Assembly: GCA_963817895.1 (NCBI GenBank)
Contig: CAWFQB010000014.1
Location: forward strand, 713,680 to 777,679
Direction of reading: 5' to 3'
Length of the DNA: 64,000 bases
Source: an uncultured Chthonomonadaceae bacterium
GTDB taxonomy: Bacteria; Armatimonadota; Chthonomonadetes; Chthonomonadales; Chthonomonadaceae
Numbering within the stretch: position 1 is the first letter of the stretch; each line of letters opens with the position of its first letter. The notes beneath the pieces were generated by a model. It made no database searches. It was not told the DNA's origin and saw nothing but the letters and a program-made list of their open reading frames with translations. Shown here one piece after another: positions 1 to 10,274 of this stretch. The translations under genes were made by a program, and so were the position numbers.

Positions 1-736
1 CGGCAGGCGTGATGGCATGAGGATTGCCCTGCCCGTCCAGATAGTTGAACAGACGCGCGTCCCCGATGGCTTTGATCTCGCTCATCAATGTGACCAGTTC
101 CCCATCTACCAGTATGCGCCGCTGGTGAATATGGTGTTTGCCCGTAAATTGGAACAGCAGGTGCGATTCGTCCAATTCATGCAGATGGTAGTTGCGCAGG
201 GACGTGATGCCGAACGTCTTGTACCGCTCCACGCTGCCTTCCGAGCCGAGCCGGAAATACAGGTCGTTAATCAGCCGCGTCACTACCGCCAGAACCCGCT
301 CCTTGCCCAACCCCTCTTGGGCAATATGCTGATTGCTGACATGGCGCAGTTTCGGCAGGTGTTCCCCAAAGTGTTCAATCTTTTCAAACTTTTTCCGCGC
401 CTGACACTCTGCGTAAACGTCGCCATACCGATACTGAATACGCCCGCTCGTGTCCACGGCAATGGCCTGCAAATTACTGCGGGAGGTGGGCGCGACCCGC
501 ACATCCGTATAGCCGGGAGGAATGGCGAGATGCGCAATCCGCTCAAGCTCCTGTTCATTCGTAACGCGATGGCCTTTCGCGTCCTCGTACCAGAAGCCCT
601 CTTCCTTCGTGCCGCGCCGATGCCACCACTGCGCCCGCGCCCCGCGCTCCATTACGCGCCGCAAACGCTCGGCAATCTCCTGCCCCGGAATGGACGTATT
701 TCGACTGGATTGTGAGATCAATTCTACTGCTGTCAT
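1..736 (-). CDS. DNA topoisomerase IB (bacterial, vaccinia-like); runs off the left edge
   Basis: Not in the ORF track. Manual translation from ATG 736 gives LAIPPGYTDV, LQAIAVDTSGRIQYRY, YFRLGSE..YKTFGITSLR, FQFTGKHH, which are TopIB motifs. The 17..715 + ORF is its antisense shadow. Confidence 0.88.
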   Translation of the reverse strand, partial: MTAVELISQSSRNTSIPGQEIAERLRRVMERGARAQWWHRRGTKEEGFWYEDAKGHRVTNEQELERIAHLAIPPGYTDVRVAPTSRSNLQAIAVDTSGRIQYRYGDVYAECQARKKFEKIEHFGEHLPKLRHVSNQHIAQEGLGKERVLAVVTRLINDLYFRLGSEGSVERYKTFGITSLRNYHLHELDESHLLFQFTGKHHIHQRRILVDGELVTLMSEIKAIGDARLFNYLDGQGNPHAITPA

Positions 737-1005
737 AAGGCTTTGCTGACTTCCTGTTTTCAATGGGTTGATTTCAGGTGGTCTTCCCTGAAATTAATAC
801 CCGCCTGCGCTGTGTCGTTTCATGCAGGCAAAAGACTGCAAATCAAACAGGCAGGTTCCGGCACTTGCGCGTTTCACAATCAAACCCGCGCCTCATCCCT
901 GTTTGCCGAAACCAATTCATAGAACGAGCGTATTCACAGGGAGAATATCCACGTGTATTATGTTTTTGACGCGCATCAAAAGCAATCGGGAAAGATCAGC
1001 AAACT

Positions 1006-2065
1006 ATGCTGCTGCACGAAGAACAAGCCCCATCGGAATACGCTCCTTCCAGCAGGCGCGTCACTCCCCGGGAATTGGCGGAAGCCGTCGCCGCTCTTGA
1101 AGCCCGCAAAGAAACCGAACGCGCGCGGGAAGCCGAAACCGTTTCAATCGGGGATGCTCTGAATCACCTTGGGCTGAATACGTCGGAAGTAGAAGTTCTC
1201 TCCGAAGTGGAAACATTGCGCAAGCGCAACGCGCAGAAAGCGCAGCAGGAACAGATTGCACGAACCACCCGCCGCCTGTTTTTCGGAATGTTTGTCGTTA
1301 GTACGGTTCTGGTTATCGCCACGCTCGGCATGATGAACTTCCGCCTCAGTCACGCGCTGAAAAACGCAACCCTTCCCTTCACACCGCTGCCGACGATGCT
1401 GCTGTCGCAGGTTCCCGACGGACGCATCGTACATTGCGACAGCGCGACGCTCAGACAATTAGCCGACGGCTGGGTACTGCCTGACAAAGGTTCTGTAAGA
1501 TGCCCGCCCATTCACACCTGATGCAGCCGCCGAACAGCAGTTTCTGAATGAGTGGACGATTACCCGTAGCAACGGTCAGTTTGTAGTCACAGCATGGGCC
1601 AGCGTAGATCAGGCGCTTGCCGTCAAAAATGACCTACCGGCGGGTGTCTTTTCCAATCGTCCGCCCTGGCTTCCGACTTCCAACGTCGCGCCGGTTCAAC
1701 TGCCGGTCTATCGCTTTGCAGACAGTAATCAGGTTGATTATCTGGCAAACGGCACAGTGTCCAAAGAGGGTTCCGGCATGGTACAGGCTTTGTCTGTACT
1801 TCCGAACAACACCGCCCTGGAAACGCTCGTGAAACATCATATAGATGCTGCTGAAAATGCCCGTCACAAAGATGGGCAGCCTGATGACGCTTACTTTACG
1901 CACTATGAAGTAAAATCCGATGGGCTTCATTTGGCGGAAAATTCAGTAGGAGATGCAGATTACAAGCAACGCGCCACGCGGCTTGCAGAGGAAGCGCTTC
2001 AGCGCGTCAATGTTCGTATGCCTGTCATCAACGATATGAAACTGACTTCGTCACAAACGCAGTAA
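1006..2065 (+). CDS. Hypothetical single-pass membrane protein (frameshift near 1495); paralog of the next gene
   Basis: ORF 1006..1521 joins the frame ending at 2065 (..EWTITRSNGQFVVTAW..). TM segment LFFGMFVVSTVLVIATLGMM. Confidence 0.65.
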
Positions 2066-2090
2066 TGGCGATGAACACCGGGATACAAGA

Positions 2091-2885
2091 ATGTTAAAAC
2101 ACGAACAACAGCCGGAAGCAACCGCCTTCACGATAAAGGGAGTGGATATCGCTTCACACACGCCCATTACGCCGCAGGAAATCGCGCAGGCGATTACAGC
2201 TGTGGAAGCGCGGAAGGAAGCCGAAGCGCAGAAACAGGCAGAAGCCGCTTCGTTGGCGAATACCATTCAGCATTTCGGCCTTGATGTCACCCCGGAGGAA
2301 CTGCTTGCCGCTGTACAATCCCAAAGACAAGAGCGGATTAAGCAGCAGAAACTGCAACAGTTCAAAAAAGACGAGTTTCGAATTACTTCACTCGTCTTAA
2401 CACTAGGTGTACTTTTCCTTTCAGGGTTATACTTTATCGTGTCACATTCACATGCTCACAGGAGGCTTGTGGCTCAAGCCGTCCAATCTAGCACTATAAC
2501 CTCATCGCTGCTTCCCCTTGATATAGTCGCCGAAGGGCAACCCGTTTACGTCACTTTCAGCGACATTGTTTCCCTTGCAAATGGCAAATCAGCGCAAGAG
2601 GTATTGACTGCGCCCACTGTTACCTCAACGGCTTCCGGCGCGCGGCAGTGGACAATCCTGAAATTTCGCGGTCACTATTTTGTGCGCGGGTGGCGCTATC
2701 GTACCGATGGCGACTACAAAGAGTATGCTGACTGGCTCTCCTCCGTACCTCTCAACGAAGCTGCCGAAGAAACGGGTGAAACACCCGTAGAGCGCTTCAA
2801 GGTCATCAACAACCCGCCCTCCATTTCCGATGATAGCGCACAGCAGGGCGAGCAAATCAAATTGCCTGATCTCAACTCCAAATAA
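2091..2885 (+). CDS. Hypothetical single-pass membrane protein
   Basis: 264 aa. ITPQEIAQAITAVEARKEAE matches VTPRELAEAVAALEARKETE of the previous gene; one TM helix. Confidence 0.75.
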   Translation: MLKHEQQPEATAFTIKGVDIASHTPITPQEIAQAITAVEARKEAEAQKQAEAASLANTIQHFGLDVTPEELLAAVQSQRQERIKQQKLQQFKKDEFRITSLVLTLGVLFLSGLYFIVSHSHAHRRLVAQAVQSSTITSSLLPLDIVAEGQPVYVTFSDIVSLANGKSAQEVLTAPTVTSTASGARQWTILKFRGHYFVRGWRYRTDGDYKEYADWLSSVPLNEAAEETGETPVERFKVINNPPSISDDSAQQGEQIKLPDLNSK

Positions 2886-2930
2886 TCTCCTCTACTGCCT
2901 GTACTATGCAAAAACCGGGTTTATGTCCGC

Positions 2931-2959
2931 TTGACAAAACCGCCCGTTTGCATCACAAT
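2931..2959 (+). promoter_or_regulatory. Sigma70-type promoter upstream of rpoZ
   Basis: TTGACA-17 bp-CACAAT. Confidence 0.55.
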
Positions 2960-3125
2960 GTAAGGTCAATCCGCGCTCGTATGCGCTTTTCCCACGAGTT
3001 CGTCAACAATGATTGTAGTATGATAAAAGCAAGGCTGCCGAGTCGCGGCCTTGCTTTTGGCGAGATACGCTGATTTGAGCTTGTTCTGTTACGCGCAGCC
3101 AGGCGTTACCCGGAGAATTTACAAC

Positions 3126-3610
3126 ATGAGCATTTATCCCTCCCCCGATAAACTCGACGCGCAGGAAAGCAAATACGCGCTCGTGATTCTGGCCGCCAAA
3201 CGCGCCCGCCAGATCAAGGACGGCGCGCGCGCCCTTGTTCCCAACCGCTCCACCAATCCGCTTACGGGCGCGTTGGAAGAGATTGCCGAAGGGGCTATAA
3301 TTGCCCGCGTCGTAGAAGATTCCGCCGCCGCCGCGCAGAAAGCCGCGCTCCGGCCCACCACGCCAACGCTGGAAGACATCATTGCCGCCGGCCCGGTTAT
3401 TTCTCTGGAACCCGATCCCGACAGCCCCGCCGGTCAGATCGCCGCGCTCCGCGCCGCTGACTCTGATGACGACGATGAGATCTCGTGGAAGATGACCGCG
3501 ACGACGTGCTGACGCCCGTAGACGTGTTCGCGCAGGACGCCCCCGGCCTGATGAGCGAAATGGACGAAGAAGACGACCTGATTCCCTCCATTGAAGATGA
3601 GGACGAGTAG
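3126..3610 (+). CDS. rpoZ: RNA polymerase omega subunit with acidic C-terminal extension (frameshift near 3480)
   Basis: SKYALVILAAKRARQI..NPLTGALEEIAEG. The D/E-rich tail continues in the shifted frame to TAG 3610. Confidence 0.85.
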
Positions 3611-3620
3611 AGGAAGATAG

Positions 3621-3689
3621 GAGATACAAGATACGAGATACGAGGTAGTAGAACAGTTGCATTTACTCGTATCTCGTATCTTGTATCTC
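3621..3689. repeat. Inverted pair of heptamer (GATACGA/GATACAA) tandem repeats
   Basis: gagatacaagatacgagatacgag ... ctcgtatctcgtatcttgtatctc, 24-bp complementary arms. The same unit occurs at about 16556-16572 and 18352-18380. Confidence 0.85.
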
Positions 3690-3704
3690 TTCCCTGGATT
3701 TCTC

Positions 3705-5186
3705 ATGCCAAAAATCGTAGGAATTGATCTCGGCACGACCAACTCGGTCATTGCTGTTATGGAGGGCGCGGAGCCGGTCGTGATTTCCCTTGCCGAAGGG
3801 ACGCGGCTTTGCCCTTCTGTCGTCGGCTTCACCCGTACGGGGGAACGCTTGGTCGGGCCGCTTGCCAAACGGCAGGCATTGGCTGCGCCGGAACGCACTA
3901 TTCGCAGCATCAAGCGTCACATGGGTACGGATTACACGGTGGAAATTGACAATCGGCGCATTGACGCCGCAGGAGATTTCCGCCCTGATTTTGCAAAAAC
4001 TAAAAGCGGACGCGGAAAGCTATCTCGGCGAACCCGTTGAAAAGGCCGTGATTACGGTTCCCGCCTATTTTTCGGACGCGCAGCGGCAGGCCACCAAGGA
4101 CGCGGGTACGATTGCCGGGCTGGACGTGGTTCGCATACTCAATGAGCCGACGGCTGCCGCGCTCGCATACGGAGCCAATCAAGAGGATGTGCAAAACGTT
4201 CTGGTGTGGGATTTGGGCGGCGGCACGTTCGACGTGTCCCTGCTGGAAGCGGGCGACGGCCTGTTCCATGTCCGCGCGACGAATGGCGATACCGAGTTAG
4301 GCGGCGACGATTGGGATTCGCGCCTGATGGAGTGGCTTGCCGATCAGTTCGCGAAGACGACAAGCCTCAATGTGCGCGGGGATCGCGCCGCCATGCAGCG
4401 ATTGAAGGAAGCGGCGGAAAAAGCCAAAATTGAACTGAGCGCCCTGACGCAAACCAATATCAATCTGCCCTTTTTGTCGGTTGGCGCGGACGGCCCGCAG
4501 CATCTCGACATAGACCTTACGCGGGCGCAGATGGAAAAAATTTGCTCTGACCTGCTGGATCGCCTGATTGCGCCCTCCAAACAGGCGCTTGCCGACGCCA
4601 AAATGCAGGCCAGAGACATTGACCGTATCCTGCTTGTCGGCGGTTCCACGCGAATGCCCGCCGTGCAGGAACTTGCGCGCCGAATGTTCGGTAAAGAACC
4701 CTACAAAGGCTTGAATCCCGAAGAGGCCATCGCGCTTGGCGCAGCCTTGCAGGGCGGCGTTCTGAATGAAGAGGTCACGGATTTACTGCTGCTGGACGTG
4801 ACCCCGCTTTCGCTTGGCATCGAAACACTGGGCGGCGAAATCACGCACATCATCAGCCGCAACACTACCGTTCCCACGCAGAGCCGAAAAGTGTTTACAA
4901 CCGCCAATGACGGGCAAACGACGGTCGAGATCAAAGTGTATCAGGGCGAACACCGATTGGCGCGTTACAATAAGTTTCTCGCCAATTTTCAACTGACGGA
5001 CATTCCCCGTTTGGGACGCGGCCTGCCCAAAATCGAAGTGGTCTTCGACATAGACGTGAACGGCATCGTCCACGTCACCGCCGTAGAACAAACTACGGGG
5101 CGACAGCAGCATATTCAGATCAACCATGCCATCGGCCTAGCGCGGAAGAGATCGCCCGGTTAAGTCAGGTCGTACAGCAGAAGTGA
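3705..5186 (+). CDS. dnaK: Hsp70/DnaK-family chaperone, short at the C terminus (frameshifts near 3955 and 5138)
   Basis: [62 protein letters not shown]. Confidence 0.88.
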
Positions 5187-5188
5187 GG

Positions 5189-5293
5189 TTTTAGGGTTCT
5201 AGGGTTTTAGGGTTACAGGGTGTTGCTGGTATCAAACTCTACTTCCCTTTCTGAAATCCAGATTCCTTAAAACCCTAGAACCCTAAAACCCTA
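5189..5293. repeat. Inverted pair of octamer (TTTTAGGG-like) tandem repeats between dnaK and dnaJ
   Basis: ttttaggg ttctaggg ttttaggg ttacaggg ... ccttaaaa ccctagaa ccctaaaa cccta. Confidence 0.8.
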
Positions 5294-5309
5294 CGTTTTG
5301 AGGAGCAAC

Positions 5310-6452
5310 ATGGCGACGGAATCGCGTGACTATTACGAAGTGCTGGGAGTATCTCGCAGCGCCAGCCCGGAAGAGCTGAAGCGCGCCTACCGCAACCTTG
5401 CCAAAAAGTTCCACCCGGACATCAACAAGGCCCCGGATGCGGCGGAAAAGTTCAAGGAGATACAGTCCGCATACGACGTGTTAAGCGACGAGGGCAAGCG
5501 CCGCCAGTTTGACCGCTTTGGCGTGGAGGGCTTGAACGGCGCGAGTGGCGGTGGCTTCGGCGGCGACTTTGGCGGCGGGGGCGCGGCTCCGTTCGGCGAC
5601 ATTTTTGATATTCTGTTCAATCAGGCGGGGGGCGGGGCTACCAACCGTCCGGCGGAACCGGCGCGGGGCGACAACCTGCGCGAAGATCTGGAATTGTCGC
5701 TGGAAGAGGTGGCGACCGGCGTTGAAAAAACCATCAAGTACGCCCGCATGGAAACCTGCGAAACCTGTCACGGCGAGGGAGCGAAACCCGGAACCACGAC
5801 GGAAACCTGCCCGCAGTGTCACGGTCAGGGCCAGATACGCTTTTCGCAAAACACCCTGCTCGGCACGTTTCATACCAGCCAGCCGTGCAACAAATGCCGG
5901 GGAACGGGCAAAGTGATCCCCTCCCCCTGCCAGACGTGCAGCGGGGCCGGACGGGTCCGCAAAACAACGGAACGGACGCTGAAAATACCCGCAGGTATCG
6001 AATCGGGCAAGCATCTGCGCGTTGTGGGCATGGGCGATGTGGGCGAACGCGACGGACGCGCGGGCGATCTGTACGTGGTCATTTATGTGCGCGATCATGA
6101 GGTTTTCGAGCGGCAGGGTAACGATATTTACTGCGAAATCAAGATTTCCATCGCGCGCGCCGCATTGGGCGGCCCTATCGAAATCCCTGTTCTCGGCGGC
6201 AAAGATGAATTGAAGCTGAATGAGGGTACACAGCCCGCGCAGGTGTATACCCTGCGCGGCAAGGGGCTGCCCGATATGAACGGCAGGGGCAAGGGCGACC
6301 AACACATCGTCGTCAAGGTGGAAGTGCCAACCCGTCTTACCGGCGAACAGCGCGAACTCCTGCGCCAGTTCGCCGCCACAACCGGCGAAAAACTAAACGA
6401 ACATAAACACGACGGCCCGAACATACTGGGCCGTATTTTAGGAAAACATTAA
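5310..6452 (+). CDS. dnaJ: Chaperone DnaJ
   Basis: J-domain HPD, G/F region, four CxxCxGxG repeats. Confidence 0.97.
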   Translation: MATESRDYYEVLGVSRSASPEELKRAYRNLAKKFHPDINKAPDAAEKFKEIQSAYDVLSDEGKRRQFDRFGVEGLNGASGGGFGGDFGGGGAAPFGDIFDILFNQAGGGATNRPAEPARGDNLREDLELSLEEVATGVEKTIKYARMETCETCHGEGAKPGTTTETCPQCHGQGQIRFSQNTLLGTFHTSQPCNKCRGTGKVIPSPCQTCSGAGRVRKTTERTLKIPAGIESGKHLRVVGMGDVGERDGRAGDLYVVIYVRDHEVFERQGNDIYCEIKISIARAALGGPIEIPVLGGKDELKLNEGTQPAQVYTLRGKGLPDMNGRGKGDQHIVVKVEVPTRLTGEQRELLRQFAATTGEKLNEHKHDGPNILGRILGKH

Positions 6453-7327
6453 TGCGTTGGGCGCAAATGACGGTGCAGTGCGCGCCGGAAGCGACGGAAG
6501 CGGTCAGTTACGCTTTTTTGCAGGCGGGCTGTGGCGGCGTGATGATGCGCGGGAGCGATCCGGTTTCCGTGCAGGGCAGCCTCCCCGTTTCGGATGAACT
6601 GTCCGCCCGATTGACGGATTTGAAGGCGCATCTGGAGCGTTTGCCGGAATTCGGCTTGCCGCCGCTTGTGGACGGCCTGACCATTCAGTACGCGGAAGAC
6701 GAGGATTGGGCCAACGCCTGGAAGCAGTATTTCAAGCCGTCCAGAGTAGGCGAACGGCTTGTCATTGTGCCGTCGTGGGAAGACTACGCGCCCGAAGCCA
6801 CAGACCTCATCCTCAAACTAGATCCCGGCATGGCGTTCGGCACGGGCGGGCATCCCACCACGCGCCTGTGCATGGAGGTTCTGGAAACAACCGTTACGGC
6901 AGGCATGAGAGTGGCAGATGTGGGAACGGGCAGCGGCATCCTTGCCATTGCCGCCGCCCGATTGGGCGCAGAACAGGTTTGGGCAACCGACATTGACCCG
7001 CTCGCCTGCCGGATTGCTGCGGAGAATGTCGCCATCAATGAACTGGCGGATACAGTTCATGTTCTGGATTTGCCCGCGTGGGACAGGCAGGCGCAGGATT
7101 GCGATTTGATTGTCGCCAACATCTTAGCGGGAACCATCATTGAACTCGCGCCCGGTCTCGCGCCGCGCTTGAAGCCCAACGGCATTTTCATCGCGTCCGG
7201 CATTGTGGAAGAGTATCGCGCGGATGTTGTGAACGCGCTTGCCGCTGTCGGGCTGCGCCACGTTTCCACGCGCAATGAGGATATATGGGTCTGCCTTGTA
7301 GCTGAAATGGGGTCAGGCTCGGAATAG
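6452..7327 (+). CDS. prmA: Ribosomal protein L11 methyltransferase
   Basis: EDWANAWKQYF, DPGMAFGTGGHPTT, DVGTGSGILAI; follows dnaJ. Confidence 0.95.
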   Translation: MRWAQMTVQCAPEATEAVSYAFLQAGCGGVMMRGSDPVSVQGSLPVSDELSARLTDLKAHLERLPEFGLPPLVDGLTIQYAEDEDWANAWKQYFKPSRVGERLVIVPSWEDYAPEATDLILKLDPGMAFGTGGHPTTRLCMEVLETTVTAGMRVADVGTGSGILAIAAARLGAEQVWATDIDPLACRIAAENVAINELADTVHVLDLPAWDRQAQDCDLIVANILAGTIIELAPGLAPRLKPNGIFIASGIVEEYRADVVNALAAVGLRHVSTRNEDIWVCLVAEMGSGSE

Positions 7328-7340
7328 AGGATTGCCGGGG

Positions 7341-8366
7341 ATGATCCTGTATGAGTATGTGGAAGACACGCTTGACTGGCTGACCGCTGTTGGCGGCGGA
7401 ACCGGACGCGAAAACGCGCCTCGCGCCCTACGCGCCGCCATTCGCCATCTCGACAGCCCGCTTCCCGCCCGCCGCTCTCATGCCGAAGCGCAATTACGCC
7501 GCGCGCCCCTGCGCCATGCGACTCCCCTGCTTCACCGCGCCGCCCGTTCTCGTGTTCCGCTGCGCGCCGTCCGCGCCGCCGTGCTGCTGTCGCAAATGGG
7601 CGATCAGGCGGGCAATGAACTGCTGCACCACCTTGTTTCCGAACCTCTATTTCGGGAGGGGCAGGAGCGCGAAAGCCTGCGCCATGCCGCCCGCTTGCTT
7701 CTTGCGCCCGAAACCTATATTCGTCAGGCCACAGCCGCGCTTGCGCAGGTGGAGCAGCGCGCGGACAGTTGCCGCGCTATCGCCCGCTTTCGGCAGGCGA
7801 CGGAAATCCTGCGGTTTTTACATGCGCCCCTTCCGTTTCAACTTCTGGATCGCGCGCTTGTCACGCGCGCGGTTGGCGGCGAGAACCTGAGTCTGGCGCG
7901 GCAGGTCTTGCGCGGATCGCAGGGCGTGGATGTGGAACATGTTTGCCTTGTCCGTATGCAGGCCGTTCTGATGCTCCTTCAGGCGCAGGATCACTCGTCT
8001 GCCCTGCGGAAGTTGATGCAAACGGTCACGTATCCCAATCCTGCCGTGCAGATTACCGCTCTGTATGGTTTGGAGATACTGCGCGATACCCGCGCCATTA
8101 ATGCGCTGTTGCCCATCGCGCAGGACGAGCGCAGTCCCATACGGGAGGATGCGCGGGAACTGGTTGCGCTGCTCGGCACAAAGGGTTCCGGCGCGCTGAC
8201 CCTGCTGCGCGCGTCGGGGCGTCACGAGGACGCGACTGATGAGTTGTTGCGTCCCCTGCGCCCCCGTAACGATGAGCCGCAAACCCTGATGCGCTCGATT
8301 TCCCCACCCTCCTTTATCGGCAATGAGCAAATCGCGCAGGAGATTGATAGCCGCGCAGGTGAATAG
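7341..8366 (+). CDS. HEAT-repeat-like helical protein
   Basis: PNPAVQITALYGLEILRDTRAINALLPIA helical repeat; paralog of the next gene. Confidence 0.65.
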   Translation: MILYEYVEDTLDWLTAVGGGTGRENAPRALRAAIRHLDSPLPARRSHAEAQLRRAPLRHATPLLHRAARSRVPLRAVRAAVLLSQMGDQAGNELLHHLVSEPLFREGQERESLRHAARLLLAPETYIRQATAALAQVEQRADSCRAIARFRQATEILRFLHAPLPFQLLDRALVTRAVGGENLSLARQVLRGSQGVDVEHVCLVRMQAVLMLLQAQDHSSALRKLMQTVTYPNPAVQITALYGLEILRDTRAINALLPIAQDERSPIREDARELVALLGTKGSGALTLLRASGRHEDATDELLRPLRPRNDEPQTLMRSISPPSFIGNEQIAQEIDSRAGE

Positions 8367-8372
8367 TCCCTC

Positions 8373-9333
8373 ATGTTATCCCAACCCATCGGCAGGCTTT
8401 ACGCCCGTTATGCAATTTACCGCGCCATTCGCCTCCTGAACGATCCTCGCCCGGACGTTCGCAAAGCGGCGGCGGTTCAGCTGCGGGGCGCGCAATCCCT
8501 GAGCGTGAAACCGCTGCGGCAGGTGGCGTTTCGGCAGCGTTCCCTGCTTGCCGTCCACGCGGCGGAACTGCTGGTGGAAATGGAGGACGCGCAGGGGTTG
8601 TACGCCCTGCTCGCGCAATACTCCGACCGCTATTTATCCGTCTGGTACGGGCAGCATCTGCGCCTGATTCTGGCGCGAGTCGGCAGCGAGCGCATTTTGC
8701 GCGTTCTGGAAGCCGCCTTAGATTGGATGGAAACTTCTCCCCTGTTGCGCGAACACTGGTGCCTGTCGCTGTCGGTTTATTCCCTTCACGCGCTGGAAGC
8801 CCTCCGCGCCCCTGTTCCCATTGCGCTGTGGCGGCGCGCGCTGGCCGCGTACGCGCCCGGTTTCGAAGACCTGCGCGTATGCAGAACCGTTGTCACAACG
8901 CAGGATAACGTGGGCGGCACTGCCTCCACCTTCGACGATAACTGGCGGGTCGGTTCCACGCTGGCCGCCGTGCGCCGCGTGGCTGTGGATGCCCTGCTCA
9001 CGCTGGATCGCGCGCGCGCTTTCGACCTGCTGCGCGACGCCCTTGCCCACCCTTCACCGGAAGTTCAGATTACCGCGATGTACGGCATGGCGCATCTTCA
9101 AGATCTCCCGAGCCTACGTGCTGCTACAACCCATTGCCGCCGACCGCCGCCATCCCCTATCCAAAGACGCCCGCCGCGTGATCGAGTCGTTCGGTTCGCG
9201 TCAGCCCGACGCCCTGACCCTCGTTCGCGCTGCGGTTCCACAAGAAGCCGCGCCCGATGAACTGCTGCGCCCCTCCGTACCGCTTGAAGACGCCGACCCC
9301 GACACGCTGTTAAGAGTTGTCGGCAGCCCGTAA
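8373..9333 (+). CDS. HEAT-repeat-like helical protein (frameshift near 9105)
   Basis: DPRPDVRKAAAVQL, HPSPEVQITAMYGMAHL; C terminus lies in the 8821..9333 frame. Confidence 0.65.
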
Positions 9334-9345
9334 AAGGAGATTTAT

Positions 9346-10164
9346 TTGTCTGAATTGCCCTACCATTTGTGCGCGGTTGATATGGACGATACGCTGCTCG
9401 ATCCAAACCATGAGATTACGCCTGTAAGCGCCGTCGCCGTGCAGAAAGTTCGGGATTTGGGAGTTACCGTTGTCGTGGCGTCGGGGAGGATGCATGCCGC
9501 TACACGACGCTATACGCGGCAACTGAATCTGGATACGCCCGTAATCTCCTATAACGGCGCAATGGTGAAGAACGCGGCAACCGGGGAGGTGTGGCTGGAA
9601 GAGCATGTCAGCGCGGAACTGGCCGCCACAATTCGGCAATACGCGCGGGAAAACAACCTGCAACTGAACTACTACCTGCATGATATGCTGTATTCCGCCG
9701 CGCAAACGCAGTGGCTGGACTTGTATCAGGGGCGCACGGGCGCGCCCATTGAGATACTGCCCGATTTTGAGGAGAAACTGCGCGGCACGACGCCTACCAA
9801 ACTGGTCTTTGTGGATTCGCCGGAGCGTATTGCCGGATTGCTTAAACCGATGCAGGAGCGGTTCGGAAAGCAGGCGTATGTCACGCGCAGCAACGACGAG
9901 TATCTGGAATTCATGCCGCCCGATGCCGACAAAGGCAAGGCGCTGGCATTAGTCGCCGCAAAGTTAAACATACCCGCCGCGCAAATCATCGCCTTTGGAG
10001 ATAGCTGGAACGATATTCCCATGCTGAAATGGGCCGGACATAGCTGCGCCATGTCCAACGCCAAGCCCGAAGTATGCAGCGTTGCCACTGAAGTTATTGG
10101 CAGCAACGCGGAAGATGGCGTAGCCCACGCATTGGCGAATATTTACGGCTTTACGCTTGACTAA
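9346..10164 (+). CDS. Cof-type HAD-IIB hydrolase
   Basis: DMDDTLL, ASGR, ISYNGA, AFGDSWNDIPML. Confidence 0.93.
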   Translation: MSELPYHLCAVDMDDTLLDPNHEITPVSAVAVQKVRDLGVTVVVASGRMHAATRRYTRQLNLDTPVISYNGAMVKNAATGEVWLEEHVSAELAATIRQYARENNLQLNYYLHDMLYSAAQTQWLDLYQGRTGAPIEILPDFEEKLRGTTPTKLVFVDSPERIAGLLKPMQERFGKQAYVTRSNDEYLEFMPPDADKGKALALVAAKLNIPAAQIIAFGDSWNDIPMLKWAGHSCAMSNAKPEVCSVATEVIGSNAEDGVAHALANIYGFTLD

Positions 10165-10176
10165 GAGCCTATACTG

Positions 10177-10230
10177 AGTAGCCCTCAACCCCTGACCCCT
10201 TCTCCCAAAAAGGCTTGGGAGAAGGGGAAC
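10177..10230. repeat. REP-like palindromic element, family A, copy 1
   Basis: 51/54 identical to 51198-51251; stem CCCCTTCTCCC..GGGAGAAGGGG; partial reverse copy at 35481-35520. Confidence 0.85.
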
Positions 10231-10274
10231 CTATTGGCATAGACTGATTTAAACGCCTTGCAGGAGAAAATTTT

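Noticed and set aside
17..715. 232-aa plus-strand ORF, and other long antisense ORFs (17840-19183, 29329-30450, 39127-40329)
   Set aside because: They are shadows of recognisable genes on the opposite strand in GC-rich DNA.
2890..3705. CIRCE/HrcA heat-shock operator before dnaK
   Set aside because: No TTAGCACTC-N9-GAGTGCTAA motif was seen.
5189..5220. TTTTAGGG as a eukaryotic telomere fragment
   Set aside because: Only four degenerate units with an inverted partner inside a bacterial operon; it fits the local short-repeat pattern.
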